Shown: positions 30,172 through 41,013, counted from the first letter of the stretch. The stretch: 64,000 bases of DNA from Promethearchaeota archaeon (GCA_016840085.1 JAEOTA010000022.1:1-64000), one strand, 5' to 3'. Notes: generated by a model not told the origin, from the letters alone. A program made the numbers and translations.

Positions 30172-33100
30172 ATCTTTTTGATTGGAGTGAATATAACCAA
30201 ACAGAAAAACCAGCATTGGATTTATTACAAGAGCTAGGCTATCAACATAAAGAAGGAAAAGAAGTAAGTCCTCAATATACTACTATTGAACGTACCAGTC
30301 TTAGGGAAGTGATTCTTTCAGCAACATTAACAAAAAAGATTAAAGAATTTAACCCTTGGATTAATGAATCAAATATTAAGCAAGTTTTTCGTAAATTAAC
30401 AATAATAACCACTTCCAGTCAAATTGATTTTAATGAACAAATCTGGGAATATCTAACAAAACCTAGTAAGCTTGTAGTGGAGCAAGATCTTCATGATGGA
30501 AAAGGTCGGCGGAATCAATGGGTTATACTCATCGATTGGGATAATCCCAAGAAAAATGAATTTTTAGCAGTCAATCAATTTAAAGTTAATGCTTCCAGAG
30601 GGAATAGAATACCAGATATTGTAATTTTTATTAATGGTTTGCCATTAGTTGTAATTGAATGTAAAAGTCCTCTTTTAACAAACCCTTTGCAGCAAGGTAT
30701 ACGCCAGATTATAGAATATCAAGAAACAATACCTAAATTATTTTACCTTAACCAAATTATTATAGTTACAAGTAGTCAATCAGCTGTTTTTGGTGTTATT
30801 GGAAATTCATACGAGAACTTCCAAATTTGGAAGGATCCATATCCTATTACTAAAGACCAGCTTGGAAAAATTGTTGAACAAACAGGTCGTTCAACTCCAG
30901 ATCCTACACCTCAAGATATTCTACTTCATGGATTGCTTGAAAAAAGAAATCTTTTGGATTTAATTCGGAATTTTATAATTTTTGAAACTTTAAGAGGAAA
31001 GCTTATTAAAAAAATCGCTCGATATCAACAATTTAGAGCAACTAATATAACTCTAGCTCGTATCTTAACAGAAAAGGATCCTCAGCAGCGAGGTGGAACA
31101 ATTTGGCATACACAAGGTTCAGGAAAATCTCTCACTATGTTATTTACTGCGATAAAATTGAGGAGAGAGACAAAACTAAATAACCCTTTACTTGTTTTTA
31201 TATGTGATAGGATTAACTTAGTAAGTCAATTAAATAATACATTCGAAAGATGTGGATTTCCTAATCCGATTGAAGCTAAAAATGTTGATAATTTGCAGGA
31301 ACTTATCAAAATTGGACAAGGTGTCACAATATTTACAACAATTCAGAAATTTCGCACAAAAGATGCAGATTCACAAACAGGAATATCAAAAAGTGGATTA
31401 GAATTTTCTATATTTAATACAGAACAGAATATTTTTGTACTAGTTGATGAAGCACATCGTTCACAATATAAGATTTTCGGTATGAATATGCGTATCGGAA
31501 TGCCTAATGCATGTTATTTAGCATATACAGGAACTCCATTGGCTAAAAACGAATATAATGAGACAATTTCTGTTGGTAGAGGTAAAACAGTAAAAAAATT
31601 TGGAAAGATTATTGATAAATATGATATAAGGCAATCTGTTGAAGATGGTTCTACAGTAAAGATTCTTTATGAAAACCGACTACCTAAATTAACAGTAGAA
31701 GGAGAATCTATTGATGAGATTTTTAACCGTGTATTTGCTGATAAAACTCCTGAAGAGCGGGAAAGAATCAAACAGAAATATGCCACTGAAGATGCAATTC
31801 TAGCTGCTCCAGAAAGGATTAAAAAAGTTGTATTGGATATTCTGAAGCATTATGAAGATCATATTGAACCAAATGGATTTAAGGCTCAAATCGTAACAGC
31901 TTCAAGAAAATTAGCTGTTATGTACAAGAAATACTTAGATGATTTGAATGCTCCTGAATCTGTAGTAATTATTTCAGCAAATCCTCGCTATGATGATGAG
32001 TTAAGAGCTCTTGGTGTTGATTTTTTCACTGAAAAATCAAAGCAAAAAGAGAGGATTGAAAGATTTAAAGATGACAATGATCCTCTAAGATTTTTAATAG
32101 TGTGTGATATGCTCATTACGGGATTTGATGCTCCAATTGAACAAGTGATGTATCTTGATAAGAGATTGACAGAACACAATTTATTACAAGCTATTGCCAG
32201 GGTCAATAGAATTCATGAGGATAAAAATTATGGTCTTATTGTTGATTATTATGGTGTTTCTAATCATTTAGAAAGAGCCTTAGAAATCTTTGATAAACCT
32301 GACATTGAGGGGTTTATGAAATCCATTGAGAGTGAGTTGTATCCTTTAGAAGGATATCATAAAGCTGTGCTCTCTTACTTTGAAGAAATAGATATAAATG
32401 ATTTAGAAGCGTGTATTTTAGCTTTGGAGTCTGAAAGTGATAGAGCAGATTTTCACAGCGATTTTAAAAAGTTTGCGCAAAGTATGGATGTTGTTTTACC
32501 AGATCCCCGTGCTCAACCATATTTAACTGATTTAAAAAGATTTGGTATGATTTTACAAGCTGCAAAAAACCGTTATCGTGAAGAACAATTGAACCTCGCT
32601 GGATGTGGTAAGAAAGTCCAAAAGATTATAGATGAACACATAAGATCGACTGGTATTAAAATTTTAGTTGAACCTGTTCCCATTCTTTCAGAAAAATTCC
32701 AGGATGCATTAGATAGTCTAAAATCGGAAAAATCAGTCGCAAGTGAAATGCAACACGCTATTCAACATGAAATAAGTGTTAAAATAGATGAAGATCCCGT
32801 TTTTTATAGGAGTTTAAAAGAACGGTTAGAAGAAATAATACAGATGTACAATGAAAACAGAATCAATCTGGCCGAAAAAATTAAGAGATTAAGAGCACTA
32901 TATAATGAAATTAAAGAAAGACCAAATTTAGCTGAAAAAATGGGACTCAACAGCGCTGAGCTAGCAATTTTCAATTTATTAAAGGAGGATTCTATTAAAT
33001 CGGGGATTGAAGATGAGCGGGAAATTGTGAAATTCACCTATGAGATATTAGAAGCAATTGAACCATATGTAACTCTGATCGATTGGCAAAATAAATCTGA

Positions 33101-33227
33101 TATTTTAAGACAAATACGAAAGGCAAGCAAACTGGTCTTTCATCAGAAAGATATTGATAAAAAAAGACAAAATCCTTTAGCACATCAAATTGAAGAACTC
33201 GCTAAAGTACATTTTCCATCAAGATAA
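30168..33227 (+). CDS. hsdR: Type I RM restriction subunit
   Basis: PDIVIFINGLPLVVIECK, HTQGSGKS, DEAH, YTGTP, QAIARVNR. Confidence 0.95.
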   Translation: MNLFDWSEYNQTEKPALDLLQELGYQHKEGKEVSPQYTTIERTSLREVILSATLTKKIKEFNPWINESNIKQVFRKLTIITTSSQIDFNEQIWEYLTKPSKLVVEQDLHDGKGRRNQWVILIDWDNPKKNEFLAVNQFKVNASRGNRIPDIVIFINGLPLVVIECKSPLLTNPLQQGIRQIIEYQETIPKLFYLNQIIIVTSSQSAVFGVIGNSYENFQIWKDPYPITKDQLGKIVEQTGRSTPDPTPQDILLHGLLEKRNLLDLIRNFIIFETLRGKLIKKIARYQQFRATNITLARILTEKDPQQRGGTIWHTQGSGKSLTMLFTAIKLRRETKLNNPLLVFICDRINLVSQLNNTFERCGFPNPIEAKNVDNLQELIKIGQGVTIFTTIQKFRTKDADSQTGISKSGLEFSIFNTEQNIFVLVDEAHRSQYKIFGMNMRIGMPNACYLAYTGTPLAKNEYNETISVGRGKTVKKFGKIIDKYDIRQSVEDGSTVKILYENRLPKLTVEGESIDEIFNRVFADKTPEERERIKQKYATEDAILAAPERIKKVVLDILKHYEDHIEPNGFKAQIVTASRKLAVMYKKYLDDLNAPESVVIISANPRYDDELRALGVDFFTEKSKQKERIERFKDDNDPLRFLIVCDMLITGFDAPIEQVMYLDKRLTEHNLLQAIARVNRIHEDKNYGLIVDYYGVSNHLERALEIFDKPDIEGFMKSIESELYPLEGYHKAVLSYFEEIDINDLEACILALESESDRADFHSDFKKFAQSMDVVLPDPRAQPYLTDLKRFGMILQAAKNRYREEQLNLAGCGKKVQKIIDEHIRSTGIKILVEPVPILSEKFQDALDSLKSEKSVASEMQHAIQHEISVKIDEDPVFYRSLKERLEEIIQMYNENRINLAEKIKRLRALYNEIKERPNLAEKMGLNSAELAIFNLLKEDSIKSGIEDEREIVKFTYEILEAIEPYVTLIDWQNKSDILRQIRKASKLVFHQKDIDKKRQNPLAHQIEELAKVHFPSR

Positions 33228-33266
33228 AAAATAAGACCAAATAAATATACAAAAAAATAAGTTAAA

Positions 33267-34010
33267 ATGGTTTCTGAAATACAAACGATAAAGTATGGAG
33301 ATATAGAAATTAGTTATTCCATAGACCGAACGTCTCGTAAGACTATAGGTATAGTTGTAGAACCCGATGGGAAAGTAATAATCAAAGCACCTTTAGATTT
33401 AGAACAACAAATAATCCAGGAATCAATTTACAAAAAAAGAAAATGGATTGCTGAAAAAATAAAATTAACAGAGGAAATCGAAAAACCAATTCCGCTTAAA
33501 CATGAACTTGTTAGCGGAGAAAAAATATTATTAAAAAATAGATTAATTAGATTAAAAATACACCCTTATCCAAATAAAAGGTCAAAAATTACATACGCTT
33601 TTAAAATTCTTCATATTTATATTAATGAAACACTTTCTCAAAAGGAACGAGAAGAAGAAATAAAGAGAGTGCTGATTAATTGGTATAAAGAAAAAGCTCT
33701 TAATATTATCACTAATAGAATTGATAAATACTTGGCATTAATTGATTTCAGGCCTCACGGAATTAAAATTAGAAACCAAAAAGTAAGATGGGGCAGTTGT
33801 ACTAAAGATGGAAAATTAATTTTTAATTGGAGAATTGTAATGGCTCCTATATCAGCTATTGATTATATTATTGTTCATGAATTATCACATTTAAAGGAAC
33901 CTACTCATTCTACTAAATTCTGGAGTATAGTTCAATCGCTGTTTCCCAATTTCAAAAAATGTAAAGAATGGCTTAGAATAAATGGATTAAATTTAGAATT
34001 AAGAATTTAA
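33267..34010 (+). CDS. M48/YgjP (DUF45) zinc metallopeptidase commonly following type I RM
   Basis: RWGSC, DYIIVHELSHL, HSTKFW. Confidence 0.9.
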   Translation: MVSEIQTIKYGDIEISYSIDRTSRKTIGIVVEPDGKVIIKAPLDLEQQIIQESIYKKRKWIAEKIKLTEEIEKPIPLKHELVSGEKILLKNRLIRLKIHPYPNKRSKITYAFKILHIYINETLSQKEREEEIKRVLINWYKEKALNIITNRIDKYLALIDFRPHGIKIRNQKVRWGSCTKDGKLIFNWRIVMAPISAIDYIIVHELSHLKEPTHSTKFWSIVQSLFPNFKKCKEWLRINGLNLELRI

Positions 34011-34030
34011 CAAAAGGATTATTAAAAAAT

Positions 34031-36763
34031 CTACTCATTATTTAATGGATTTTCAATAAGATTTTGTAGAACTTCATTTTTTTCTAAAATTTCGGGACAT
34101 TGTTCAAAATGATATGAAATCCATCGAACTTTTCCATCTTGAATTTTATTATAGAAATAACAGGCATTTTTATTTTTTCTGGGTTCTAACGAAATTGTAA
34201 AAAATGGCAATAATTTAAGTGGTGTAAGTTGATTTTTTTCGATCATATATATAGTACCTTTATCCATTGGGATTGATGTTATTATTTCTTTTTTTTTAAA
34301 AATCATTGAAGGTCCTTTTAAGTCATGAACAGTATAACTGTATTTACCAAATTCGTAATCATTCTTACCTGGTAGTATAAATAATAAAGAATCAAATTTG
34401 TTAGCCATAACTTCTCTAAAGTTAGTTAATTCTTTTTCTAAAAGAGTTAAACGGTTCGATATTATGTCTGGATTCATAATTCCACTGTGACCTTTCCAAT
34501 CGTTCCGATATCTATTAGTAATTTTTAAAATCTTCATTAATTTATCATTAATAATAGATTCTAGAATTTCTATAGTATTAATATGGTATAAAGAAAGGCA
34601 GAGATTCCTATTTTCAGAACTAAATAGTAAATCATTTGTGATTTTAATAAGAGTAGAATTATAGGTGACCAACTTACCAAATGTACTAAATTTTAAATTT
34701 TTAAATCCCTTCTCATTTGTAAAAATTGTCTTTTTGAAGCGGTCAAATAGTTCTGTTTTCCAATACATAGCACTAATCATTATAGTAAATAAAAATTCTG
34801 CTAAAGCTTCAAAAAAATTGAGTAAATGATCCACTTTTAATTTTGGTTTAATATCCGCATGATATCGTATTAATATTGAAGCCAATGGGTATGGGAGTTT
34901 GTTAATCCATTCTTCAAAACCTTCCTTGCGATTAAACGAACTTAACTTTTGTCTGATGTTATTTATTTCCTTAAGGTTTGACCATAATTTAGAATCGTAT
35001 TCTTTAAGTTGCAGAATAATCTCTCGTATATTTTGATGTAAATCGATAATTATATTTTGAGTATTTATATCTGGAAGATATATTTTTGATGTTATTAAAC
35101 TTTTCTTTGAAATACTTGGAATTACAGATCCAAAAGATATATGTTCTCTCAATTTTAAGCCAAGAGGGGAATTATAAAAACCTGAAGCAAAATCTGCCAA
35201 TAATTTATCTGGATTAAAAACTAACTGAATATAATTATGTGGTTTTAAGCTAATTTCATCTAAATTTACTATTGACTCAGATCTGCCAATTTTTGGTAGG
35301 TATATTGAGTTAGATTTTGACTCAAATCCGTTTAATAAATCTTTAGAACTTAAATTAATTTCACTTATCAAATCTTTCAGATAGTACGAATCTAATCTCA
35401 TTTTAGATGCAATAGAATCAAGATCATTAATATAAATTTTAGGGTATAAATTATAATCATTTTTTTTAATTGTTTCTATATTAATTATAGCAGAAAATTG
35501 CTCAATATTTTCTAATTTTTCATAAGCGCTTAGAATTTTATTTAGATGAAATTCCTGAAGTATATTTTTTCCCTGAAAATGTTCAAATTCATCTTTAGCT
35601 TGAATGAAATAAATATTATTTTTCAATATTTCTGGTTTGTTCTTATTAATTATAATTACACAGCAAGATATATTCGTATTCCAGAATAGATTGGAAGGCA
35701 ACTCTATAATAGTTTCAATTAAATCATCCTTTATGAATGCTTTTCTAATCTTCCTTTCTGATCTACCTCGAAATAATGCCCCATTATCTGTAAGAATTCC
35801 AAATCTTCCATATTCTGAAGTTATTTCTAACATATGCTGCAGCCACATCCAATCACCAGAAGTTTTTGGTGGTATTCCATATTTAGATCTATTATATGGA
35901 TCTCCATTTGTATAATGCTTTCGAGGCCAATCCCATTGATTCATTGGAGGACTAGATATTACAATATCAAATTTCATTAATTCATTATTTTGAAGAAATG
36001 GATTGATTAATGAATTGCCTAATTCTATTTTTGCACTAAAAAATCCACTTAAAAAAAAATATAATTTTGTAATATACCACAAATCATAACTTAATTCTTT
36101 ACCAAAAATCGACAAGTTATCTAAATTATTACCCTTTTCCTTAAGATTATTAACTGATTCTAATAAAAAACTCCCATTACGAGAACAAGGATCACATATC
36201 TTCATACCTTCTTCTGGCTTTAATAGTTTAATTATTAATTTAACAATTTGAGGTGGTGGTAAAAATTCATTATTACTTTCACTACTAATATAGCCCCCAT
36301 ATTTAATGATCAATTCAAACCCAATAAGAATTAATCCAGTATCCATTAGATTTGAATTAGATAAATTATATTTAGGATTGCTAAAATGTTGTATTAATTT
36401 ATTTAATAATCTATCTGGTAAATTAGTAGGATCCATAAATTGAATTGGAGTAAATAAACCTTTCAAAATGGGGTTAAAATCTTCTAAAGCATCAAATGCC
36501 TTATCGATTTCAAAACCAATTCCTTCAGAAACATTACGAATATCCCTCCAATGTGCACCATCTGGAATAAATATCTCATAATTATCCGGATCTTCTGGAT
36601 CACCTTTTAAATGGTTGAATATCTCATCAAATTGATCACTTATCCTTTTTAAAAAAAAGAGTGCACTTAGATAGTAAAACTTCTTTTTTTTAAATTTTAA
36701 TACACTTAAAATTTCTCCTGCTTCCCATAAAAACCTCTCTAAAGTAATTAGATCTATTGTCAT
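34031..36763 (-). CDS. Degenerate HsdM paralog + half HsdS-like region + HEPN fusion
   Basis: N-terminal half closely tracks HsdM (GDPEDPDNY, VSEGIG, YGIPPK.SGDWMW) but motif I is DPCSRNG and motif IV is SPPM; GSVIPSISK...LPDINTQ (HsdS-like); FFEALAEF...RNDWKGH. Confidence 0.8.
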   Translation of the reverse strand: MTIDLITLERFLWEAGEILSVLKFKKKKFYYLSALFFLKRISDQFDEIFNHLKGDPEDPDNYEIFIPDGAHWRDIRNVSEGIGFEIDKAFDALEDFNPILKGLFTPIQFMDPTNLPDRLLNKLIQHFSNPKYNLSNSNLMDTGLILIGFELIIKYGGYISSESNNEFLPPPQIVKLIIKLLKPEEGMKICDPCSRNGSFLLESVNNLKEKGNNLDNLSIFGKELSYDLWYITKLYFFLSGFFSAKIELGNSLINPFLQNNELMKFDIVISSPPMNQWDWPRKHYTNGDPYNRSKYGIPPKTSGDWMWLQHMLEITSEYGRFGILTDNGALFRGRSERKIRKAFIKDDLIETIIELPSNLFWNTNISCCVIIINKNKPEILKNNIYFIQAKDEFEHFQGKNILQEFHLNKILSAYEKLENIEQFSAIINIETIKKNDYNLYPKIYINDLDSIASKMRLDSYYLKDLISEINLSSKDLLNGFESKSNSIYLPKIGRSESIVNLDEISLKPHNYIQLVFNPDKLLADFASGFYNSPLGLKLREHISFGSVIPSISKKSLITSKIYLPDINTQNIIIDLHQNIREIILQLKEYDSKLWSNLKEINNIRQKLSSFNRKEGFEEWINKLPYPLASILIRYHADIKPKLKVDHLLNFFEALAEFLFTIMISAMYWKTELFDRFKKTIFTNEKGFKNLKFSTFGKLVTYNSTLIKITNDLLFSSENRNLCLSLYHINTIEILESIINDKLMKILKITNRYRNDWKGHSGIMNPDIISNRLTLLEKELTNFREVMANKFDSLLFILPGKNDYEFGKYSYTVHDLKGPSMIFKKKEIITSIPMDKGTIYMIEKNQLTPLKLLPFFTISLEPRKNKNACYFYNKIQDGKVRWISYHFEQCPEILEKNEVLQNLIENPLNNE

Positions 36764-37546
36764 AATAATAATACCAAATTAATTATATACATTAATGGAT
36801 AATTATCAATATTTATAAAAAGAAATATTATTAAAGATTTTATGAAAAATTACCAAATTCGATAAATTAACTTTCTAATTGAATTTTTATGAATTATGAA
36901 GAAATTAATGATAAATTAATTAGAGATGTTTTGAAAGACTTCAAAATCTCTAATTCATTCAGTTTTTAGAGCTTTATTCAAAATTAAAAAAATAAAACAT
37001 AAATAAATATTTAATTAATAAAAGTAAAATAATACAAGATCTCAACATATAGAATTTAATATCATTCTTTCTTACTTATTAAACGATGAATGAACTAACT
37101 GCGAGAGAAATACATTAGATAGAAGCACTTGCTAAAAAACATGAATTTTTCACATCATTCATGCTCCATTACTAAAGTAAAACATTAATTATCGAATAAT
37201 CAGATTTATAGTCAGGCAGAATAGAATGGTTACACACTCTTATCTGCTGAAGAAGTAAAATTTCTGGAAGAGAATTCTAAAAATAATGAAAATATGCAGG
37301 AATTGTTGGAGATTTATGAAATAATATAATATTTAGGAAGCTTTAATTATAAAGAATTCTTAGATCTAAAATTAGAAGTAATCAAAGAGAAAAAAAAATT
37401 GCTGAATCTATAGAGAATCCTTTCAATTATGCTAAATCCTGATAATGTATTACTTAAAATCAAAATTATTTAAATATTTAAATATTAAAAATTAATAATT
37501 TGATATATAAGAGAAATCATACAAGAACGTAAAACCTATAAAAGAA

Positions 37547-39613
37547 ATGAACGTAGTAAAAGTTTTGGGTAAAGAATATCAAATCACTGATGCCTCCCTT
37601 GACTTAAGTGGAATATCTTTAGAAAGTATCTCTGATATAAAAGGATTAGATAATTTTTCTAATCTTAAACTCCTTTTTCTTGATGAGAATGAGATTTCCG
37701 AGATAGCGGGGTTAGAATCTCTTGAAAGTCTCGAAATATTATCATTAGCAGATAATAGAATATCTGAAATTAAAGGACTTAATACTTTAACCAATTTAAA
37801 ATTCTTAGATCTTCGTTTAAATGATCTTTATGAAATAAAGGGATTAGAATTTTTAATAAATTTAGAAGAATTAATTCTTGACGATACTGGCATTTCAGAA
37901 ATAAAAGGACTTGATAACTTAAAAGATTTAAAGATTTTATCGCTAGACTACAATTCTATAAAAGAAGTTAAAAATTTAGATGGATTGTATGACTTAGAAG
38001 AATTATATTTAAATCTTAATGAAATAAGTAAAATAAAGAATCTGGACAACCTAAAAAATCTAAAAACTTTAGGTCTTGAATCAAATAAGATCTCAGAAAT
38101 CATAGGACTTGAACATTTAAAAAGATTAGAATTTTTAAATCTTTCTGATAATCCATTAGAGGGTATAGATGAGTTTTATGTAAGGAGTGAAGTTAATGCA
38201 CAAACTATAGTTGAATATTGTCTGAGAAAAACTCGTGGTGAGCCAGAAAATATTGAATTTTATGATCTAAATAAAATATATGATCAAAATCTAAATGAGT
38301 TTAAACTCTATTTAGAAAAATTAAATTCTGATGATTTTATTAACATAGGAACTCATCGAGAATTTAAAAAGCATAGAATTATACAAAATAGGATATTTTT
38401 TGAATATCCCGTTGAAAGAGTCTTTTTATCAGATGTAGATACTTCATTTAGTAGGCTAAAGATTCATATTATACAACTGCATTCTTTAAAAGGCATTGAA
38501 TATAATGAAAGTGATAAATTGGAATTTTTTAAATATATAATAAGACATTTCTGGGATAATAAAGAAATTGAAGAAAAGAATGTTTTAGTATATAAAGATT
38601 TTAACTATCGAATCTCAAGCAAAATTGATGAAATTCTAGATTTATCGATAATTAAAAATCAATTTCCTCCGAATCTAGTTATATTTCCAGAAAATTCTAT
38701 ACCTTATTCCAAAGTTGAGGATTTAAAAATAATTTCTAAAAATTACAGAGTTATTATGATTGGTGGACTAGAACATCGCATAGATAATATTGGTGAAAAT
38801 TTTACAAATACAGCTTTTATTATTGATAAGGGAAATATCGGTTATCAAATAAAGCAAACACCTGTAAAGATTATTGATTCGAAAAACAATAACATTTTGC
38901 AAGAAAGAATAATTTGTCAAAAAATTCCTAAGATTAAAATTTTCCAAACCTCTATCGGGAGCGTTGCTGTAATTATTTGTAAAGATTTTTTAAGATTAAG
39001 TGATATTATCTCCAATTGGGCGAAAAAGAATGAGGTTGATATTATTGTAATCCCTTCCCTAACAAGTAAAGTTCTTCCTTTCCACTCTAAACTATTCAAT
39101 ATTTTGAATTACTCAACTCACAAAGATTTAATTATCATATTTAGTAATATAGGGGAATATGGGGGTTCTGAATTATTTTCTATTGATACAAATCCTCAAA
39201 TTGAAGCTAAATTTAGAAAAAATGTTTATGATAATATAGGTGAAACCATTATAGTCAGAGAGATTGATTTAAAAACAATTAAATTAATAATGTCTGACAT
39301 AAAATTTAAATTTTTAAAAGATTGGGATAAACTAGAAAAGATCCTTATTCTCAAAATAATGGCAAATATGAATCAAGAAATAACTCCAACTCCTCAAAAT
39401 CATACTTCTATTATGAAATTCCTTCAAAAAAAAAAATTAATATCAGCACAAAATTTATTTGATTTTTATGAATTAAGGAAAATTAGGAATTCCATAGTTA
39501 GTGATAAAATAATTGCCCGAAGAACATTAGAAAATTTCAATAATAGATTAAGTGATTTAATAAGATCTCTTGAGAAAATAACGATAAAAAAAATAATTGA
39601 ACTAAAAATTTAA
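37547..39613 (+). CDS. Leucine-rich repeat + carbon-nitrogen hydrolase (nitrilase-like) protein with degenerate HEPN-like tail
   Basis: About 8-9 22-aa LRRs (LxxLxLxxNxIxEIxGL); IFPE, IKQTP, IICKDF (E-K-C triad); ELRKIRNSIVS. Confidence 0.8.
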   Translation: MNVVKVLGKEYQITDASLDLSGISLESISDIKGLDNFSNLKLLFLDENEISEIAGLESLESLEILSLADNRISEIKGLNTLTNLKFLDLRLNDLYEIKGLEFLINLEELILDDTGISEIKGLDNLKDLKILSLDYNSIKEVKNLDGLYDLEELYLNLNEISKIKNLDNLKNLKTLGLESNKISEIIGLEHLKRLEFLNLSDNPLEGIDEFYVRSEVNAQTIVEYCLRKTRGEPENIEFYDLNKIYDQNLNEFKLYLEKLNSDDFINIGTHREFKKHRIIQNRIFFEYPVERVFLSDVDTSFSRLKIHIIQLHSLKGIEYNESDKLEFFKYIIRHFWDNKEIEEKNVLVYKDFNYRISSKIDEILDLSIIKNQFPPNLVIFPENSIPYSKVEDLKIISKNYRVIMIGGLEHRIDNIGENFTNTAFIIDKGNIGYQIKQTPVKIIDSKNNNILQERIICQKIPKIKIFQTSIGSVAVIICKDFLRLSDIISNWAKKNEVDIIVIPSLTSKVLPFHSKLFNILNYSTHKDLIIIFSNIGEYGGSELFSIDTNPQIEAKFRKNVYDNIGETIIVREIDLKTIKLIMSDIKFKFLKDWDKLEKILILKIMANMNQEITPTPQNHTSIMKFLQKKKLISAQNLFDFYELRKIRNSIVSDKIIARRTLENFNNRLSDLIRSLEKITIKKIIELKI

Positions 39614-39618
39614 ATTAT

Positions 39619-40679
39619 TTATAACGACGGAATTAATTTCGCAAAACTGCAGCGAGTTTTAATTTCTATTGATGATAATTTAAAACTTCTTATAAATTTT
39701 ATGAGTGCACGCTGAAATTTCTTGAAAGTGTCAAAAAAAGTGTTATGCGTGACCTGTTTGCGGAAGAACTTCCAAAACCACTCCATTGGATTTAAATCGG
39801 GGGAGTATGGCGGTAGAAAGAGAAGCTCAAATTTTTCCTTGTTAGCTTCTAAAAATGGTTCTAACTCCTTAGAATGGTGCGCACGGGCATTGTCCAATAT
39901 CAGGAGGATTTTCCCCGAGTTCATATACCTGGCAAGGAGCCCCTCTAAAAAATGTTGGAAATGGGATGCCTTTAACGTGTTAGATAATGCCACATGAACT
40001 TTTCCAGCTAGGGGTTCAACTGCACCAATGAGATGTTGTCGTTGCCGACCGCCGTAGGTTAAGATTTCGGGCTGTTGCCCTTTTAACGACCACATGCGAG
40101 TGATGGACGGCGAAAACTGGATACTCGCCTCGTCTTGGAAAAGAACTACGCCATCTTCTCCGAGAGAGTCCAAACTTTTTTAAAATCATTTAGGAATTCT
40201 TTTTGTTTCTCAATATCAGCCTTCGGAAACTTGTATCTCGGACGTTGGAGCGTAAACCCTAGCTTGTGAAGGAGTCTCTGCGCTTGGCGCACGCTTAATT
40301 CCACGCCAAATTTCTGTTTAATGTGATACGACACGCTCTTTCCTTCCCAATTGCTAAACTCATACCCTAATTCACGAGGATGGGTTAACACATCCGCTTT
40401 TAACGTTTCTTTTTCTTCTTCAGAAAGGCTTGAGGGGCGCCCTGGAGGTGTATTTGGAACGATGTTTTCTAATCCACCCTCATTGAACATCTTTACCAAA
40501 GTTTGTATCGTTCTACGAGATTTTTTTATTAGTTCTGCAACTATCGTGCAGTTCATGAACTCATGCATCAAAAAAAGAGCATGATATCGTTCTTTCAGCT
40601 TAGAATTTTTCTCTTTCTTGTAGAGCTCGACCAACTCATCGTGGTTTGGCGAGCTCCTTGTTATTTGAAGTTTTTCCAT
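39619..40679 (-). CDS. IS630 transposase (HTH orfA 40146..40679 + DDE orfB 39619..40173, -1 frameshift at TTTTAAAAAAG ~40175-40185)
   Basis: FQDEA, ILDNARAH, LPPYSPDLNPME; PGRP and HTH in orfA. Confidence 0.9.
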
Positions 40680-40776
40680 GAATCTAAGAGCAAAAAATAG
40701 TCTTATTTAAGGGTGTGATATTCAGGCGATATCCAGAAAAAGATACTTAAAGCATGAGAAATTATTTATGTCGTTA
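39622..40776 (-). mobile_element. IS630-family insertion sequence
   Basis: TIRs TAACGACGGAATTAATTTCGCA / TAACGACATAAATAATTTCTCA (18/22); TA duplication at 39620-21 and 40777-78; visibly higher GC than flanks. Confidence 0.92.
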
Positions 40777-41013
40777 TAAATATAATGGGATGTATTCTCC
40801 AAAAAAAGAAATTCTTGTTAAATTACGTGAAATAACTGCTATTCTTTCAAAATTTTTTTTATTTAATTTTTTTATTTAAATAGAAGGGATAGAATAAATA
40901 TTCAAATTTGAAAAATAAACCACAAATCATGACTCCTATCATCCATCCTTTGGGTTTATCAGGTGCCAAAATTCTTACAATACATTTTAATATACATCTC
41001 TAAATTTTGGGTT

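Noticed and set aside
37086-37440. Decayed gene remnant upstream of the LRR gene
   Set aside because: Coding-like patches with multiple stops and no identifiable family
2900-39600. Integron cassette array
   Set aside because: No IntI, no convincing RYYYAAC...GTTRRRY attC hairpins, and genes lie in both orientations with long spacers
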